Source: an uncultured Ruminococcus sp.
GTDB taxonomy: Bacteria; Bacillota; Clostridia; Oscillospirales; Ruminococcaceae
DNA: 54,085 bases
Assembly (NCBI GenBank): GCA_902767115.1
Contig: CACXGK010000069.1
Location: 1 to 54,085 of the forward strand
Reading direction: 5' to 3'
The position numbers and the translations under genes were made by a program. Shown piece after piece: positions 19,622 through 29,026 of this stretch. Numbering within the stretch: the stretch's first letter is position 1; each line of letters begins with the position of its first letter. Under the pieces are notes generated by a model. The model searched no databases and was not told the origin of the DNA. It worked only from the letters and a program-made list of their open reading frames with translations.

Positions 19622-20862
19622 TGCGTCCGGAAGTACTTGCACCGGCAGGCGACATGGAGCGCCTGCGGGCAGCGCTGGATTTTGGTGCTGATGCCGTCTA
19701 TCTCGGAGGGAACCTGTTCGGGATGCGGCAAGGCGCCCCCAATTTCGATGCACAGGCGCTTTGTGATGCGGTGAAGCTGGCACATGAGCGTGGCAAGCTG
19801 GTCTACCTGACCGTCAACACGCTGCCCCGGAACGAGGAATTTGCGCTGCTGCCGAGATTCATCAGCGAAGCTGTCAATGCCGGCGTGGACGCCATGATCG
19901 TGGCAGACCTTGGTGTGCTGTCCGTGATCCGGAAGCTTGCGCCGCAAATGACCATCCATATGTCCACCCAGACCGGCATCGTCAATTATCAGACCGCCAA
20001 CACACTCTACGAGATGGGCGCAAGGCGTGTGGTACTGGCACGGGAGCTGTCGCTCGATGAGATCGCCGAGATCCGCCGCCGCATCCCGGACGACCTGGAG
20101 ATCGAGGTATTCGTCCATGGTGCGATGTGTGTCAGCTTTTCGGGGAGATGCCTGCTGTCGGCATATTTCACCGACCGTGACGCCAACCGTGGCGCCTGCG
20201 CACAGCCCTGCCGCTGGAAATACGCCCTCGTGGAGGAGAAACGCCCGCATCTCCCCATGCCCATCGAGGAGACCCCGGAGGGCACCTACATCCTCAATGC
20301 ACGGGATATGTGCATGATCGACCATATCGACAAGCTTGCCGAAGCTGGCGTGACATCCTTCAAGATCGAGGGTCGTGCGAAATCAGCGTATTATGTCTCT
20401 GTCGTCACCAATGCCTACCGCATGGCGATGGACTACTATCTGGCGCATCCGCATGACTACCACCTTCCGACCGCCATCCGGGACGAGGTGTTCAAGGTCA
20501 GCCACAGGCGCTATTGCACCGGCTTTTTCTTCGGGCATCCGAATGCCTGTCAGTATTATGAGAATTCGGGGTATATTGCCACCTGTGATGTGGTCGGTAT
20601 CGTCGATCACTGTGAAAACGGCATCTGCTACGCCACCCAGCGCAACCGCTTTTTCGCCGGCGATACGGTCGAGATCCTGGCGCCCGGCAAATCCCCTGTT
20701 TCCATGCAGCTCGACGAGATCTACAATGCAGACAACGAGCGCATCGAGACGGTCAACCACGCTATGATGGCATTTCATTTCCCATGTGCATACGATTTTC
20801 CCTGGAACTCCATCATCCGAAAGCCTGTTGCAGAGGATACGGAGAGCAAGGAAATCATATAA
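19618..20862 (+). CDS. peptidase U32 family protein
   Basis: 414 aa with a 4-nt ATGA overlap with mltG. The U32 signature region EVFVHGAMCVSFSGRCLLS is present. Confidence 0.9.
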   Translation: MMRPEVLAPAGDMERLRAALDFGADAVYLGGNLFGMRQGAPNFDAQALCDAVKLAHERGKLVYLTVNTLPRNEEFALLPRFISEAVNAGVDAMIVADLGVLSVIRKLAPQMTIHMSTQTGIVNYQTANTLYEMGARRVVLARELSLDEIAEIRRRIPDDLEIEVFVHGAMCVSFSGRCLLSAYFTDRDANRGACAQPCRWKYALVEEKRPHLPMPIEETPEGTYILNARDMCMIDHIDKLAEAGVTSFKIEGRAKSAYYVSVVTNAYRMAMDYYLAHPHDYHLPTAIRDEVFKVSHRRYCTGFFFGHPNACQYYENSGYIATCDVVGIVDHCENGICYATQRNRFFAGDTVEILAPGKSPVSMQLDEIYNADNERIETVNHAMMAFHFPCAYDFPWNSIIRKPVAEDTESKEII

Positions 20863-20898
20863 AAAAATCCCCTTCCGTTGTGGAAGGGGATTCGTTTT
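20863..20898. terminator. bidirectional terminator between the U32 gene and the DUF975 gene
   Basis: An 11-bp stem AATCCCCTTCC / GGAAGGGGATT, with an A-run upstream and a T-run downstream. Confidence 0.8.
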
Positions 20899-20905
20899 GC
20901 ATCAC

Positions 20906-21847
20906 TTACTGATTGTAAGGATTGTCGTTGTTGTTGTTGAAGTCATCACCAACACCAGGCATCTGACCATTGTACTGGTCGTTGGACTGGTACGGATTGG
21001 AGTTCGGAACATTGTAAGCATCGTTGGTGAAGTTCGGATCATTGTAGCTGGAACCGCCGTTCATATCGGTCGGGTCGCTGCCGCCCATACCGTTGTCGAA
21101 ACCGCCGGTGAGTTCTTCCTCAGTGGTATAGCCGTAGGACAGCATCTTTGCTCTCATGCACATATAGAACTCAGCCTCGGTAGCAAGCTGATACGGTACA
21201 ACGAAGATCTGACCGATGCAGCAGCACAGCAAACCCAGGAGCATCCAGCCGATGAAGGAAAGACGCAGAATCCAGAAGTTCAGCTTCTCTCCGTCCATTG
21301 TCTGACGGGAGATTTCCTTGGCACGCTTGCGGTCGATGTTCGGGTTCTCGGCAACGATGTAGGGAACCAGAGCGTACTCATATTCCTTGATGACGCCGGG
21401 AATGATAAAGAGCAAAGACCAGAGCCAGATCTCGCCGGTGTAGAAGAACATGGTCTTGACAGTCGGCAGATAGTTGCCGCCCTTGTAGTTGTCGAACAGA
21501 TGTGCAAACTTCTGATCGCCGTTTCGAGCCGTTACGAAATACTTGCACTCACCGCACTTGGTCGGATTGCCGACGAAGCAGATATAGGCCAGACTGAATA
21601 CCATCGAAAAGATGAGAATACCAACGATGATCGCAATCAACGCCATCAGTGCTGTCGGATCCATCTCCGACAGACTCTCAGAGGAGCTCTCACTGTCCAT
21701 GCTGCTGTAAGAGCCGCCGCCGCCTCCTCCAAAGCCGCCGCCGTTCGCACCGAGGATGCTGGCAACCAGCGTAACGCCGAGCGCCGACCAGTAGTACTTC
21801 TTCAGATTTTCTTTTGCGTTTTGTTTCAATAGGCTTCTTGTCCACAT
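20906..21847 (-). CDS. DUF975 family membrane protein with Asn/Gly/Tyr-rich C-terminal tail
   Basis: 313 aa. The N-terminus LLKQNAKENLKKYYWSALGVTLV is typical of DUF975 and there are several TM helices. The last ~70 aa are low-complexity (N, G, D, Y, P). Confidence 0.75.
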   Translation of the reverse strand: MWTRSLLKQNAKENLKKYYWSALGVTLVASILGANGGGFGGGGGGSYSSMDSESSSESLSEMDPTALMALIAIIVGILIFSMVFSLAYICFVGNPTKCGECKYFVTARNGDQKFAHLFDNYKGGNYLPTVKTMFFYTGEIWLWSLLFIIPGVIKEYEYALVPYIVAENPNIDRKRAKEISRQTMDGEKLNFWILRLSFIGWMLLGLLCCCIGQIFVVPYQLATEAEFYMCMRAKMLSYGYTTEEELTGGFDNGMGGSDPTDMNGGSSYNDPNFTNDAYNVPNSNPYQSNDQYNGQMPGVGDDFNNNNDNPYNQ

Positions 21848-22033
21848 AAGAATTACCCCCCATGATATAAATTGTGTCTCAAAAACACTGTACTTATATT
21901 GTAAATGATATTTACAGAATTGTCAAGCTTTTTCTATCGGATTTGCCGTTTCAAACAACAACTCAATCGATTGAGCCATACCAATTAGGCAAAACCACAA
22001 CAGCTCCAAACGGACACTTGACTTTCCTGCGGA

Positions 22034-22077
22034 TTTTCCGGAAAATTTTCCGGAAACCCTTGCATTTTGTCCGGAAA
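22034..22077 (+). promoter_or_regulatory. three TCCGGAAA-core repeats (two tandem TTTTCCGGAAA(A) palindromes plus one in the spacer) at the fba promoter
   Basis: The sequence is TTTTCCGGAAAATTTTCCGGAAAcccTTGCATtttgTCCGGAAAt, read directly. I do not recognise the regulator. Confidence 0.35.
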
Positions 22078-22088
22078 TATAGTATAAT
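22060..22088 (+). promoter_or_regulatory. sigma-A promoter of fba
   Basis: TTGCAT (22060-22065), a 17-nt spacer and TATAAT (22083-22088). Confidence 0.6.
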
Positions 22089-22136
22089 AAACATGATGGG
22101 CATTCGCCCAGAACGAAATTTCAGGAGGTCATTATT

Positions 22137-23018
22137 ATGGCATTAGTTTCTGCTAAGGAAATGCTGGACAAGGCTCGTGCAGGCAAGTATGCAGTAGGTC
22201 AGTTCAACATCAACAATCTCGAGTGGACCAAGGCAATTCTGCTGACGGCTCAGGAGCTGAATTCTCCGGTGATCCTCGGCGTATCCGAGGGTGCTGGCAA
22301 GTACATGGCTGGCTACAAGACCGTTGTCGGCATGGTTAAGGGCATGATTGAGGAGCTGAACATCACTGTTCCGGTTGCTCTGCATCTTGACCACGGCTCT
22401 TTCGAGGGTGCAAAGGCTTGCATCAACGCCGGCTTCTCCTCCATCATGTTCGACGGCTCTCATCTGCCTTTCGACGAGAACGTTGCTAAGACCACTGCTC
22501 TGAAGAACACCTGCGATGTACTGGGTCTGTCTCTTGAGGCAGAGGTTGGTTCCATCGGCGGCGAAGAGGACGGCGTGATCGGCAAGGGCGAGTGCGCAGA
22601 TCCTGAGGAGTGCAAGACCATCGCTGACCTGGGCGTTACCATGCTCGCAGCAGGTATCGGCAACATCCACGGCAAGTATCCTGAGAACTGGGAAGGTCTG
22701 AGCTTTGAGACCCTCGATGCGATCAACAAGCGTGTCAACGAGGGCAGAGACATCCCGATGCCGCTCGTACTGCATGGCGGTACCGGTATCCCGGACGATC
22801 AGATCAAGAAGGCTATCTCTCTGGGCGTTGCAAAGATCAATGTCAACACCGAGTGCCAGTGGGCTTTCCAGGAAGCTACCCGCAAGTACATTGAGGAAGG
22901 CAAGGATCAGCAGGGCAAGGGATTTGACCCCAGAAAGCTTCTCGCACCGGGCTTTGAGGCAATCAAGGCTAAGGTCAAGGAGAAGATGGAGCTCTTCGGT
23001 TCCGTTGGCAAGGCGTAA
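22137..23018 (+). CDS. fba: class II fructose-1,6-bisphosphate aldolase
   Basis: 293 aa. LVSAKEMLDKA..YAVGQFN, LHLDHG, DGS and LVLHGGTG are all typical of class II Fba. Confidence 0.95.
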   Translation: MALVSAKEMLDKARAGKYAVGQFNINNLEWTKAILLTAQELNSPVILGVSEGAGKYMAGYKTVVGMVKGMIEELNITVPVALHLDHGSFEGAKACINAGFSSIMFDGSHLPFDENVAKTTALKNTCDVLGLSLEAEVGSIGGEEDGVIGKGECADPEECKTIADLGVTMLAAGIGNIHGKYPENWEGLSFETLDAINKRVNEGRDIPMPLVLHGGTGIPDDQIKKAISLGVAKINVNTECQWAFQEATRKYIEEGKDQQGKGFDPRKLLAPGFEAIKAKVKEKMELFGSVGKA

Positions 23019-23060
23019 GCAGAAACTGTCTGTTTGTTACAAATAGATACGCTTTGAATC

Positions 23061-23095
23061 AAAGGCTGTGTGGTATTCGCCGCACAGCCTTTTTG
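23061..23095 (+). terminator. rho-independent terminator after fba
   Basis: A 13-bp stem AAAGGCTGTGTGG / CCGCACAGCCTTT (one G-U pair) followed by a T-run. Confidence 0.75.
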
Positions 23096-23110
23096 CGTCC
23101 CAAAAGCCTC

Positions 23111-23139
23111 TGGACATTTCCGCCGCAGTATGCTATAAT
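23111..23139 (+). promoter_or_regulatory. sigma-A promoter of the response-regulator operon
   Basis: TGGACA, a 17-nt spacer and TGcTATAAT (-10 hexamer at 23134-23139). Confidence 0.6.
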
Positions 23140-23179
23140 AGAAAAGAACCCTACAATCCACATCCAAAGGAGGTATCCC

Positions 23180-23845
23180 ATGTCCACGATCCTGCTTGTC
23201 GAGGATGACAAGACCATTATTTCGACGCTGACCGAATTTCTGCGCAGTGAAGGCTTTTCCGTTCTCACGGCATCCGGACAGAGCGAAGCGCTTGAAGCCG
23301 CCGTATCCCGTCCGGATCTCGTACTGCTCGACATTTCCCTCGCCGAAGGCAACGGCTTTGCCGTCTGCAAGGCGCTCAAGGCGGAATACAATGTTCCCGT
23401 CATTTTCCTGACCGCCTCCGGAGATGAATACAGCACCGTCACGGGCTTCGAGCTCGGCGCTGATGATTACATCGCAAAGCCCTTCCGTCCCCGTGAGCTG
23501 ATCTCTCGCATCCGCAATATCCTGCGGCTCACCGGCAAATCCAACACCGCCATCACCCTTGGCAGCGTGACCGTTGACACCGTCAAGGGCACTGCCGAAA
23601 AGGACGGGCACGACCTCTATCTCTCCGCATTGGAGTACCGCCTGCTCCTGCTGCTCATCAACAACCGTGGCATGGTCATGACCCGGACAATGCTGCTGGA
23701 ATCCCTCTGGGATGCCGCCGGTGAGTTCGTCAGTGACAACACCCTGACCGTCTACATCAAACGCCTGCGTGACAAACTGGAGGACGACCCGCAGAATCCG
23801 CAGATCATCCGCACCGTCCGTGGCATGGGGTACAAGGTCGAATGA
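23180..23845 (+). CDS. OmpR/PhoB-family response regulator
   Basis: The start MSTILLVEDDK follows AAGGAGG. It has a receiver domain (phospho-Asp context LVLLDISL) and a winged-helix output domain (RTVRGMGYKV). Confidence 0.93.
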   Translation: MSTILLVEDDKTIISTLTEFLRSEGFSVLTASGQSEALEAAVSRPDLVLLDISLAEGNGFAVCKALKAEYNVPVIFLTASGDEYSTVTGFELGADDYIAKPFRPRELISRIRNILRLTGKSNTAITLGSVTVDTVKGTAEKDGHDLYLSALEYRLLLLLINNRGMVMTRTMLLESLWDAAGEFVSDNTLTVYIKRLRDKLEDDPQNPQIIRTVRGMGYKVE

Positions 23846-24849
23846 CGGGCTTCTGGCGTAATCCCGAAGTCCTCCGCACGCTGCTGCTCTCCCTGTGCGC
23901 TGCCGCCGTTGCAGCGATTTTAGGCGGCATCTGGCTCGGAACCAAGGGCGCACTCCTTGCAGGCGGCACAGGCGTTTTGCTTTTGGGCGTGCAGACGATC
24001 ATGACTTATCGCCGCTACCGTGCGATCTCGCAGCTTTCCATGCACATCGACTGCATCCTGCACGGGCAGGCGGATGCCCTTCCGGACAACGAATGCGAAG
24101 GCGAGCTTGCCGTTCTGCGCACAGAGATCGGGAAAATGACCCTGCGCCTGCACGAGCACGAGCAGGCACTTCTGGCGGACAAGGCATTTTTAGCCGATTC
24201 TCTGGCGGACATCTCGCATCAGCTCCGCACACCGCTGACCTCCATGCAGCTCCTCCTGACGCTGCTCTCCGGCAGAGACCTGCCACCGCAGCGCCGTTAT
24301 GAATTGCTGGGGGAACTGCGCACATTGCTGACACGCATTGACTGGCTCGTGGACGCTCTGCTCAAATATTCCAAGCTTGACGCCGGAAGCGTGCAGCTCC
24401 GGCGTGATGTTTTGCCGCTTGCTAAACTGCTGGCAACCGCCGCCGAGCCCTTGCAGATTCCGCTTGAACTGCGTGGCATCGAGCTGAAAACCACAGCGGA
24501 GGGTGATTTCTGCGGTGATCTCGCCTGGACGTCCGAAGCCATCGGCAATATCCTGAAAAACTGCATGGAGCACACACCAGAGGGCGGCAGCATCACCGTG
24601 ACGGCGTCCGATAATCCCTTGTTCACGGTGATTTCTGTGACGGATACCGGCAGCGGCATTGCACCGGAGGATCTGCCGCACGTCTTTGAGCGTTTCTACC
24701 AGGGCGACCGTACCACGAAAAACGGATTCGGCATCGGACTTGCGCTTGCAAGGCGCATCGTCACCGAACAAAGCGGAACCCTCAAAGCCGAAAACGCCCC
24801 CGAAGGCGGCGCCCGGTTCGTGATGCATTTCTACAAGGGCGCCATCTGA
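23842..24849 (+). CDS. intramembrane-sensing-type sensor histidine kinase
   Basis: It overlaps the response-regulator gene by 4 nt (ATGA). Two TM helices are joined by a ~3-residue loop. The H-box is ISHQLRTPLTS. The N, G1 and G2 boxes are present (NILKNCMEH, DTGSGI, GFGIGLALA). Confidence 0.9.
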   Translation: MTGFWRNPEVLRTLLLSLCAAAVAAILGGIWLGTKGALLAGGTGVLLLGVQTIMTYRRYRAISQLSMHIDCILHGQADALPDNECEGELAVLRTEIGKMTLRLHEHEQALLADKAFLADSLADISHQLRTPLTSMQLLLTLLSGRDLPPQRRYELLGELRTLLTRIDWLVDALLKYSKLDAGSVQLRRDVLPLAKLLATAAEPLQIPLELRGIELKTTAEGDFCGDLAWTSEAIGNILKNCMEHTPEGGSITVTASDNPLFTVISVTDTGSGIAPEDLPHVFERFYQGDRTTKNGFGIGLALARRIVTEQSGTLKAENAPEGGARFVMHFYKGAI

Positions 24850-24863
24850 TGGAAGGAGATACA

Positions 24864-25589
24864 ATGCTTGATTTTGCGATATTTTCCGATCTTGGCGACC
24901 GTGAACAGAATGAAGATGCAGTCGGCTTTTCCAAGCATGGCGACGCCCACTGCTTTGTCCTCTGCGACGGTCTGGGAGGACACGGCAGGGGAGAGGTGGC
25001 ATCGCAGTTCGTGCAGCAAAGCGTCTGCCGGCAATTCGAGCAGGCAGACACAACGGCGGAGTTCTGGGAAAACGCCCTTGACAATGCCCAGAAAGGCTTG
25101 CTTGCCGAGCAAAAGCGCCTGAACGCCATCACCGAAATGATGACGACCGCCGTTGCCCTTACGATCGACGGCGACACAGCGCAGTGGGCGCATATCGGTG
25201 ACTCACGGCTTTACGTCTTTCGCAGAGAAAAGCTGCTGACCCGAACACTTGACCACAGCGTCCCCCAGATGCTGGCGCTTGCCGGCGAGATCAGGGAAAA
25301 GCACATCCGCAGCCACCCCGACCGCAACCAACTGCTCCGAGCGATGGGTTTCCCGTGGGAATCCCGGAAGTACGAGCTTTCCGAGCCCTTTGCCCTCCGA
25401 CCGGGGGACGCCTTTCTGCTTTGCACGGATGGCTTCTGGGAGCCGGTTCTGGAAAAGGAAATGCAGAAAGCACTCAAAAAAGCCCCCTCTGCACAAGCGT
25501 GGCTCGACACCCTGCAAGCCCTTGCCATCCAGCACGGCACCCCCGGCGAAATGGACAATTTCAGCGCCATCGCCGTTATCTGCCCGTAA
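24864..25589 (+). CDS. PP2C-family Ser/Thr protein phosphatase
   Basis: The ATG at 24864 follows GGAAGGAG; an alternative ATG at 24849 overlaps the kinase stop. PP2C motifs are present: REQNEDA, CDGLGGHG, GDSRLY and TDG..E. Confidence 0.88.
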   Translation: MLDFAIFSDLGDREQNEDAVGFSKHGDAHCFVLCDGLGGHGRGEVASQFVQQSVCRQFEQADTTAEFWENALDNAQKGLLAEQKRLNAITEMMTTAVALTIDGDTAQWAHIGDSRLYVFRREKLLTRTLDHSVPQMLALAGEIREKHIRSHPDRNQLLRAMGFPWESRKYELSEPFALRPGDAFLLCTDGFWEPVLEKEMQKALKKAPSAQAWLDTLQALAIQHGTPGEMDNFSAIAVICP

Positions 25590-25593
25590 CAGA

Positions 25594-25623
25594 AATTCCC
25601 CGCAGACAGACCTGCGGGGAATT
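25594..25623. terminator. hairpin between the convergent PP2C and ABC permease genes
   Basis: A 12-bp stem AATTCCCCGCAG / CTGCGGGGAATT. The flanking T-runs are weak. Confidence 0.6.
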
Positions 25624-25628
25624 GTCAT

Positions 25629-28301
25629 TTATTGTGCTTTGAGCGCATCCATGGGATTTTCACGCCGGATCTTGCTCATCGCATACAGCATCGTCACGAA
25701 CACCACAATGAACACCGACAGCACAGCGATCAGCATCGCACCCAGCGGCAACTGGAATCCGGTATCCATGCCGTTCTTGATGGAGCACCAGATCAGCACG
25801 CTCATGCCGATCGAAATCGGCAGCCCGAAGGCAAGCGCTGTGGTGCCATAGAGCAGGCACTCGAAGTGCATCATCCGCTGCAAGCCCTTGCCGGTCATGC
25901 CGATGGAACGCAGCATAGCAAATTCCTTGCGGCGCAGCGCCACATTTGTGGAGATCGAATTGAACACATTCGCTACAGCAATCAGCGAGATCAGCACGAT
26001 AAAGCCGTAGCTGAACACCTTGATGATGAGGATGACATTGCGCTCATTCTCACGCTCGGCAGCGTAATTATAGACGTCACCGGTGGGGTAGCCGGCATTC
26101 AGCAGCGCAGTATGGATCCCCAGCGAAGCCGCCTGATGATCCGTGGCACGCATCATGTATTCGACTTCCTGTTGTACATTCTGATTCTGGTACGTTCCAG
26201 CCAGCACAGTGCTTCTCGCCGACTGCGGATACACGAATGTGATCATCCCGGCATTGCCGATAAAATACGGCACCTCATGCAGCACCTTCCCGGCACGCAA
26301 TGTCTTGCTGGTATACGCCTCCATACCGGAACGGCGTACAACATGACCGTCACGCTCGAACACGATCGTGTTTCCGTTGTCCTCGTAGTTTGTGAGTTGA
26401 TAGCCGGGGCATTTGCGCACCATTTTGGCACGGAACTCGACAGTGTTGCTCTTAATGCAGTTGACATCCAGGAACTTCTCACGTTCATAATCGAAAACAG
26501 AGATGCGATCCAGACACACAGCCAGCGGCTCCGCCTGGTCAAAGTAGCCATCCTCCGCAATGCCGTATTCAGCCAGAAATGCTCTAAATGCCGCATCATC
26601 CAGGAACGCCATCCGCAGATAGCAGCCCTGCCATTCGCTGGTGGATTCTCTGTCAAAGAGATACTCCGCCTTGAGCGCACCGGGCTCCACGGCAGACGCC
26701 GGAAATGCGCCATTCGATGAGCTTCCGATCACGGAAGCACACTGCTCGACCGCCGGCTCAGACCGGAACAGCTCAGTCAGCTCCGCAATGCGTTCCGGAT
26801 CGACAGCGTTCTCCTGATGGTCTGTATACAGAATATCAAAGGAATTTTCACCAAACGCACTGCCGACGCTGCGGCTGAGCGTATCCGTAAAGGACGCTGC
26901 CGAAATGAACAGCACCACGCTCATGAACAAACTCAGCACCGTCGAGCGATACTTCTTCTTGGAACGCTTGTAGTACTTCTGTCCCAGCATACCAGGCAGA
27001 CCAAACAGCTTGTAGATCCAGCGGGGTGTGCGGATGGGGCGTGTACTGGTGCGCACGTCTGCTGTCTGGCGGATGGCTTCCACGGCAGTCATTTTCATCG
27101 CACGGCGTGACGGGATCCATGCCGAGAGCAGTACCGTCAGAAAGGAAAGCACCGCAGAACCCAGCAGCGCCGCCCACGACGGATAAAGGCGCATCGGTGT
27201 ACCGGTAGCCGTCATCTGACCGAACTTCGAGCCGACACACAGGAACGTCACACCGATGCCTGCAATACCAATGAGCAAGCCAAGCGGAATACCGACTGCA
27301 CTGACGCAGACCGCTTCAAACCGCACCATATAGCGCAATTGCTTGCGTGTCGCTCCCACGGAGGAGAGCAGTCCAAACTGCGAGGTGCGCTCCGAAACAG
27401 AGATCGAAAAGGCATTGTAAATGAGTGACACCGACCCGAACACGATCAGTCCGAGCAAGATCGCTGTAATGCTGTACAGAAATGCAATATAGCCGTCAAA
27501 CCGGGAGATCCCCATATACATCAGGAGATCGGTATGCACATTCCCCTCGATGCCGGTGCGTTCCATAAATTTATAAACCTGCGCCGGATTCTTCAAGGTA
27601 TACCAGATATTGAACAGCTCCGCCGAAGCCTTTCCATCGGTGTCGACCGTCAGACAGGTGTAGCCCGGTGCCTGGTAATCCTCAAATTCCGGACGCTCAT
27701 AGGTGCCGCAAACCGTATACGTCACCGTCCGCTCCGCCACAAACTTTTCCTGCACACTCCCACGCTCCAGCTCACTGTCCGGGGTGTAGGGGTTGTGCTG
27801 TGTCAGTGTGAAGCCATCGATCTTACGCTGTCCGACCTCAAGCGTGATGGTATCGCCCACCTCGTAGGAAACGCCGCCGTTTTCAGACAGATGCACCGGC
27901 AGCATGATCTGCGAAGCAGTCTCCGGCAGGGAACCCTCCACCAGATGGAGCTGCACGAGATCCGTGAAATCTGCGCTCATACCTTCGATATAGAGATACG
28001 GCTTGTATTCGTTGACAGAATCGATCTGCGCATAGCCGATGGGGTCGAGGTACACGCACTGTGTCACATCCTCCTCGCTGAGGAGCTTCTGGTAGAGCTC
28101 ATCCTCCACATCATCCATCGATACATGATAGGAACCGCTGCGGTCGAGCTCATCGTGGAGGAGGTAGTGCTGCAAGCTTGCAACAGAAGTGGTCACAGCC
28201 GTACTCAGCGCCGTGGAGAGCGCAATGCCAACAATGGTCACAGCCGTCCGGGTACGGTTCTTGCGCAGGCATTCCAGCGTTACTTTCTGAAAAACGTTCA
28301 T
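25629..28301 (-). CDS. ABC transporter permease, duplicated FtsX/MacB-type module
   Basis: 890 aa. The layout is TM1, a ~220-aa extracytoplasmic domain and 3 TM helices, and this unit is repeated once. FtsX-type C-terminal helices are present in both halves. Confidence 0.88.
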   Translation of the reverse strand: MNVFQKVTLECLRKNRTRTAVTIVGIALSTALSTAVTTSVASLQHYLLHDELDRSGSYHVSMDDVEDELYQKLLSEEDVTQCVYLDPIGYAQIDSVNEYKPYLYIEGMSADFTDLVQLHLVEGSLPETASQIMLPVHLSENGGVSYEVGDTITLEVGQRKIDGFTLTQHNPYTPDSELERGSVQEKFVAERTVTYTVCGTYERPEFEDYQAPGYTCLTVDTDGKASAELFNIWYTLKNPAQVYKFMERTGIEGNVHTDLLMYMGISRFDGYIAFLYSITAILLGLIVFGSVSLIYNAFSISVSERTSQFGLLSSVGATRKQLRYMVRFEAVCVSAVGIPLGLLIGIAGIGVTFLCVGSKFGQMTATGTPMRLYPSWAALLGSAVLSFLTVLLSAWIPSRRAMKMTAVEAIRQTADVRTSTRPIRTPRWIYKLFGLPGMLGQKYYKRSKKKYRSTVLSLFMSVVLFISAASFTDTLSRSVGSAFGENSFDILYTDHQENAVDPERIAELTELFRSEPAVEQCASVIGSSSNGAFPASAVEPGALKAEYLFDRESTSEWQGCYLRMAFLDDAAFRAFLAEYGIAEDGYFDQAEPLAVCLDRISVFDYEREKFLDVNCIKSNTVEFRAKMVRKCPGYQLTNYEDNGNTIVFERDGHVVRRSGMEAYTSKTLRAGKVLHEVPYFIGNAGMITFVYPQSARSTVLAGTYQNQNVQQEVEYMMRATDHQAASLGIHTALLNAGYPTGDVYNYAAERENERNVILIIKVFSYGFIVLISLIAVANVFNSISTNVALRRKEFAMLRSIGMTGKGLQRMMHFECLLYGTTALAFGLPISIGMSVLIWCSIKNGMDTGFQLPLGAMLIAVLSVFIVVFVTMLYAMSKIRRENPMDALKAQ

Positions 28302-28981
28302 CTGCGAAGCACCTCATCTCTCGTGATCCTGCCATCCTCAATGGCAACGATGCGGTCAGCCTGGAGGGCGATATTCTCGTCATGTGTGATGATGATGAGT
28401 GTCTGTCCGTACTTCTGGTTGGACAGGCGCAGGAGATTGATGATCTCCTGGGAATTCTTACTGTCGAGGTTGCCAGTCGGCTCATCCGCAAGGAGTACCG
28501 CAGGCGCATTCATCAGCGCACGCCCGATGGAAACACGCTGCTGCTGACCGCCGGAAAGCTGGTTCGGGAGGTGCTTCTCACGCCCCTTTAAGCCCAGCGT
28601 TTCGATCAGCTCTGCAAGGCGTTCCTGGTTGACGGTCTGCCCGTCCATGAGAACGGGGAGCGTCATATTCTCGGTGACATCGAGCACCGGGATGAGGTTA
28701 TAGAACTGGTAGATCAGCCCGACCTGACGGCGGCGGAACACCGCAAGCTGTTCGTCATTCTGGGCGTAGACATCACAGCCATTCATCAGCACCTTGCCGG
28801 AGGTCGGCTGATCGACGCCGCCAAGGATGTGCAGCAAAGTCGATTTACCGGAACCGGACGGTCCGATGATGGCAACAAATTCGCCCTTGGAAATGGAAAG
28901 GTTCACGTCATTGAGTGCATGAACGGCATTCTCGCCGGAACCATAGGTTTTGGAAAGATGTTCTGTTTGCAGGATAATCAT
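28298..28981 (-). CDS. ABC transporter ATP-binding protein (MacB/LolD-like)
   Basis: The start is MIILQTEHLSKTYG. It carries Walker A GPSGSGKST, the signature LSGGQQQRV and Walker B LLADEPT. It overlaps the permease gene by 4 nt. Confidence 0.93.
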   Translation of the reverse strand: MIILQTEHLSKTYGSGENAVHALNDVNLSISKGEFVAIIGPSGSGKSTLLHILGGVDQPTSGKVLMNGCDVYAQNDEQLAVFRRRQVGLIYQFYNLIPVLDVTENMTLPVLMDGQTVNQERLAELIETLGLKGREKHLPNQLSGGQQQRVSIGRALMNAPAVLLADEPTGNLDSKNSQEIINLLRLSNQKYGQTLIIITHDENIALQADRIVAIEDGRITRDEVLRR

Positions 28982-29026
28982 AGCAATCGCTCCTTTCGTT
29001 GATGTATACAGTATAGCATAGGGACA

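Noticed and set aside
18230-19783. A 517-aa minus-strand ORF antisense to mltG, and a 348-aa plus-strand ORF (20786-21832) antisense to the DUF975 gene.
   Set aside because: The opposite strands encode recognisable YceG and DUF975 proteins with proper SD and start contexts. These ORFs have none.
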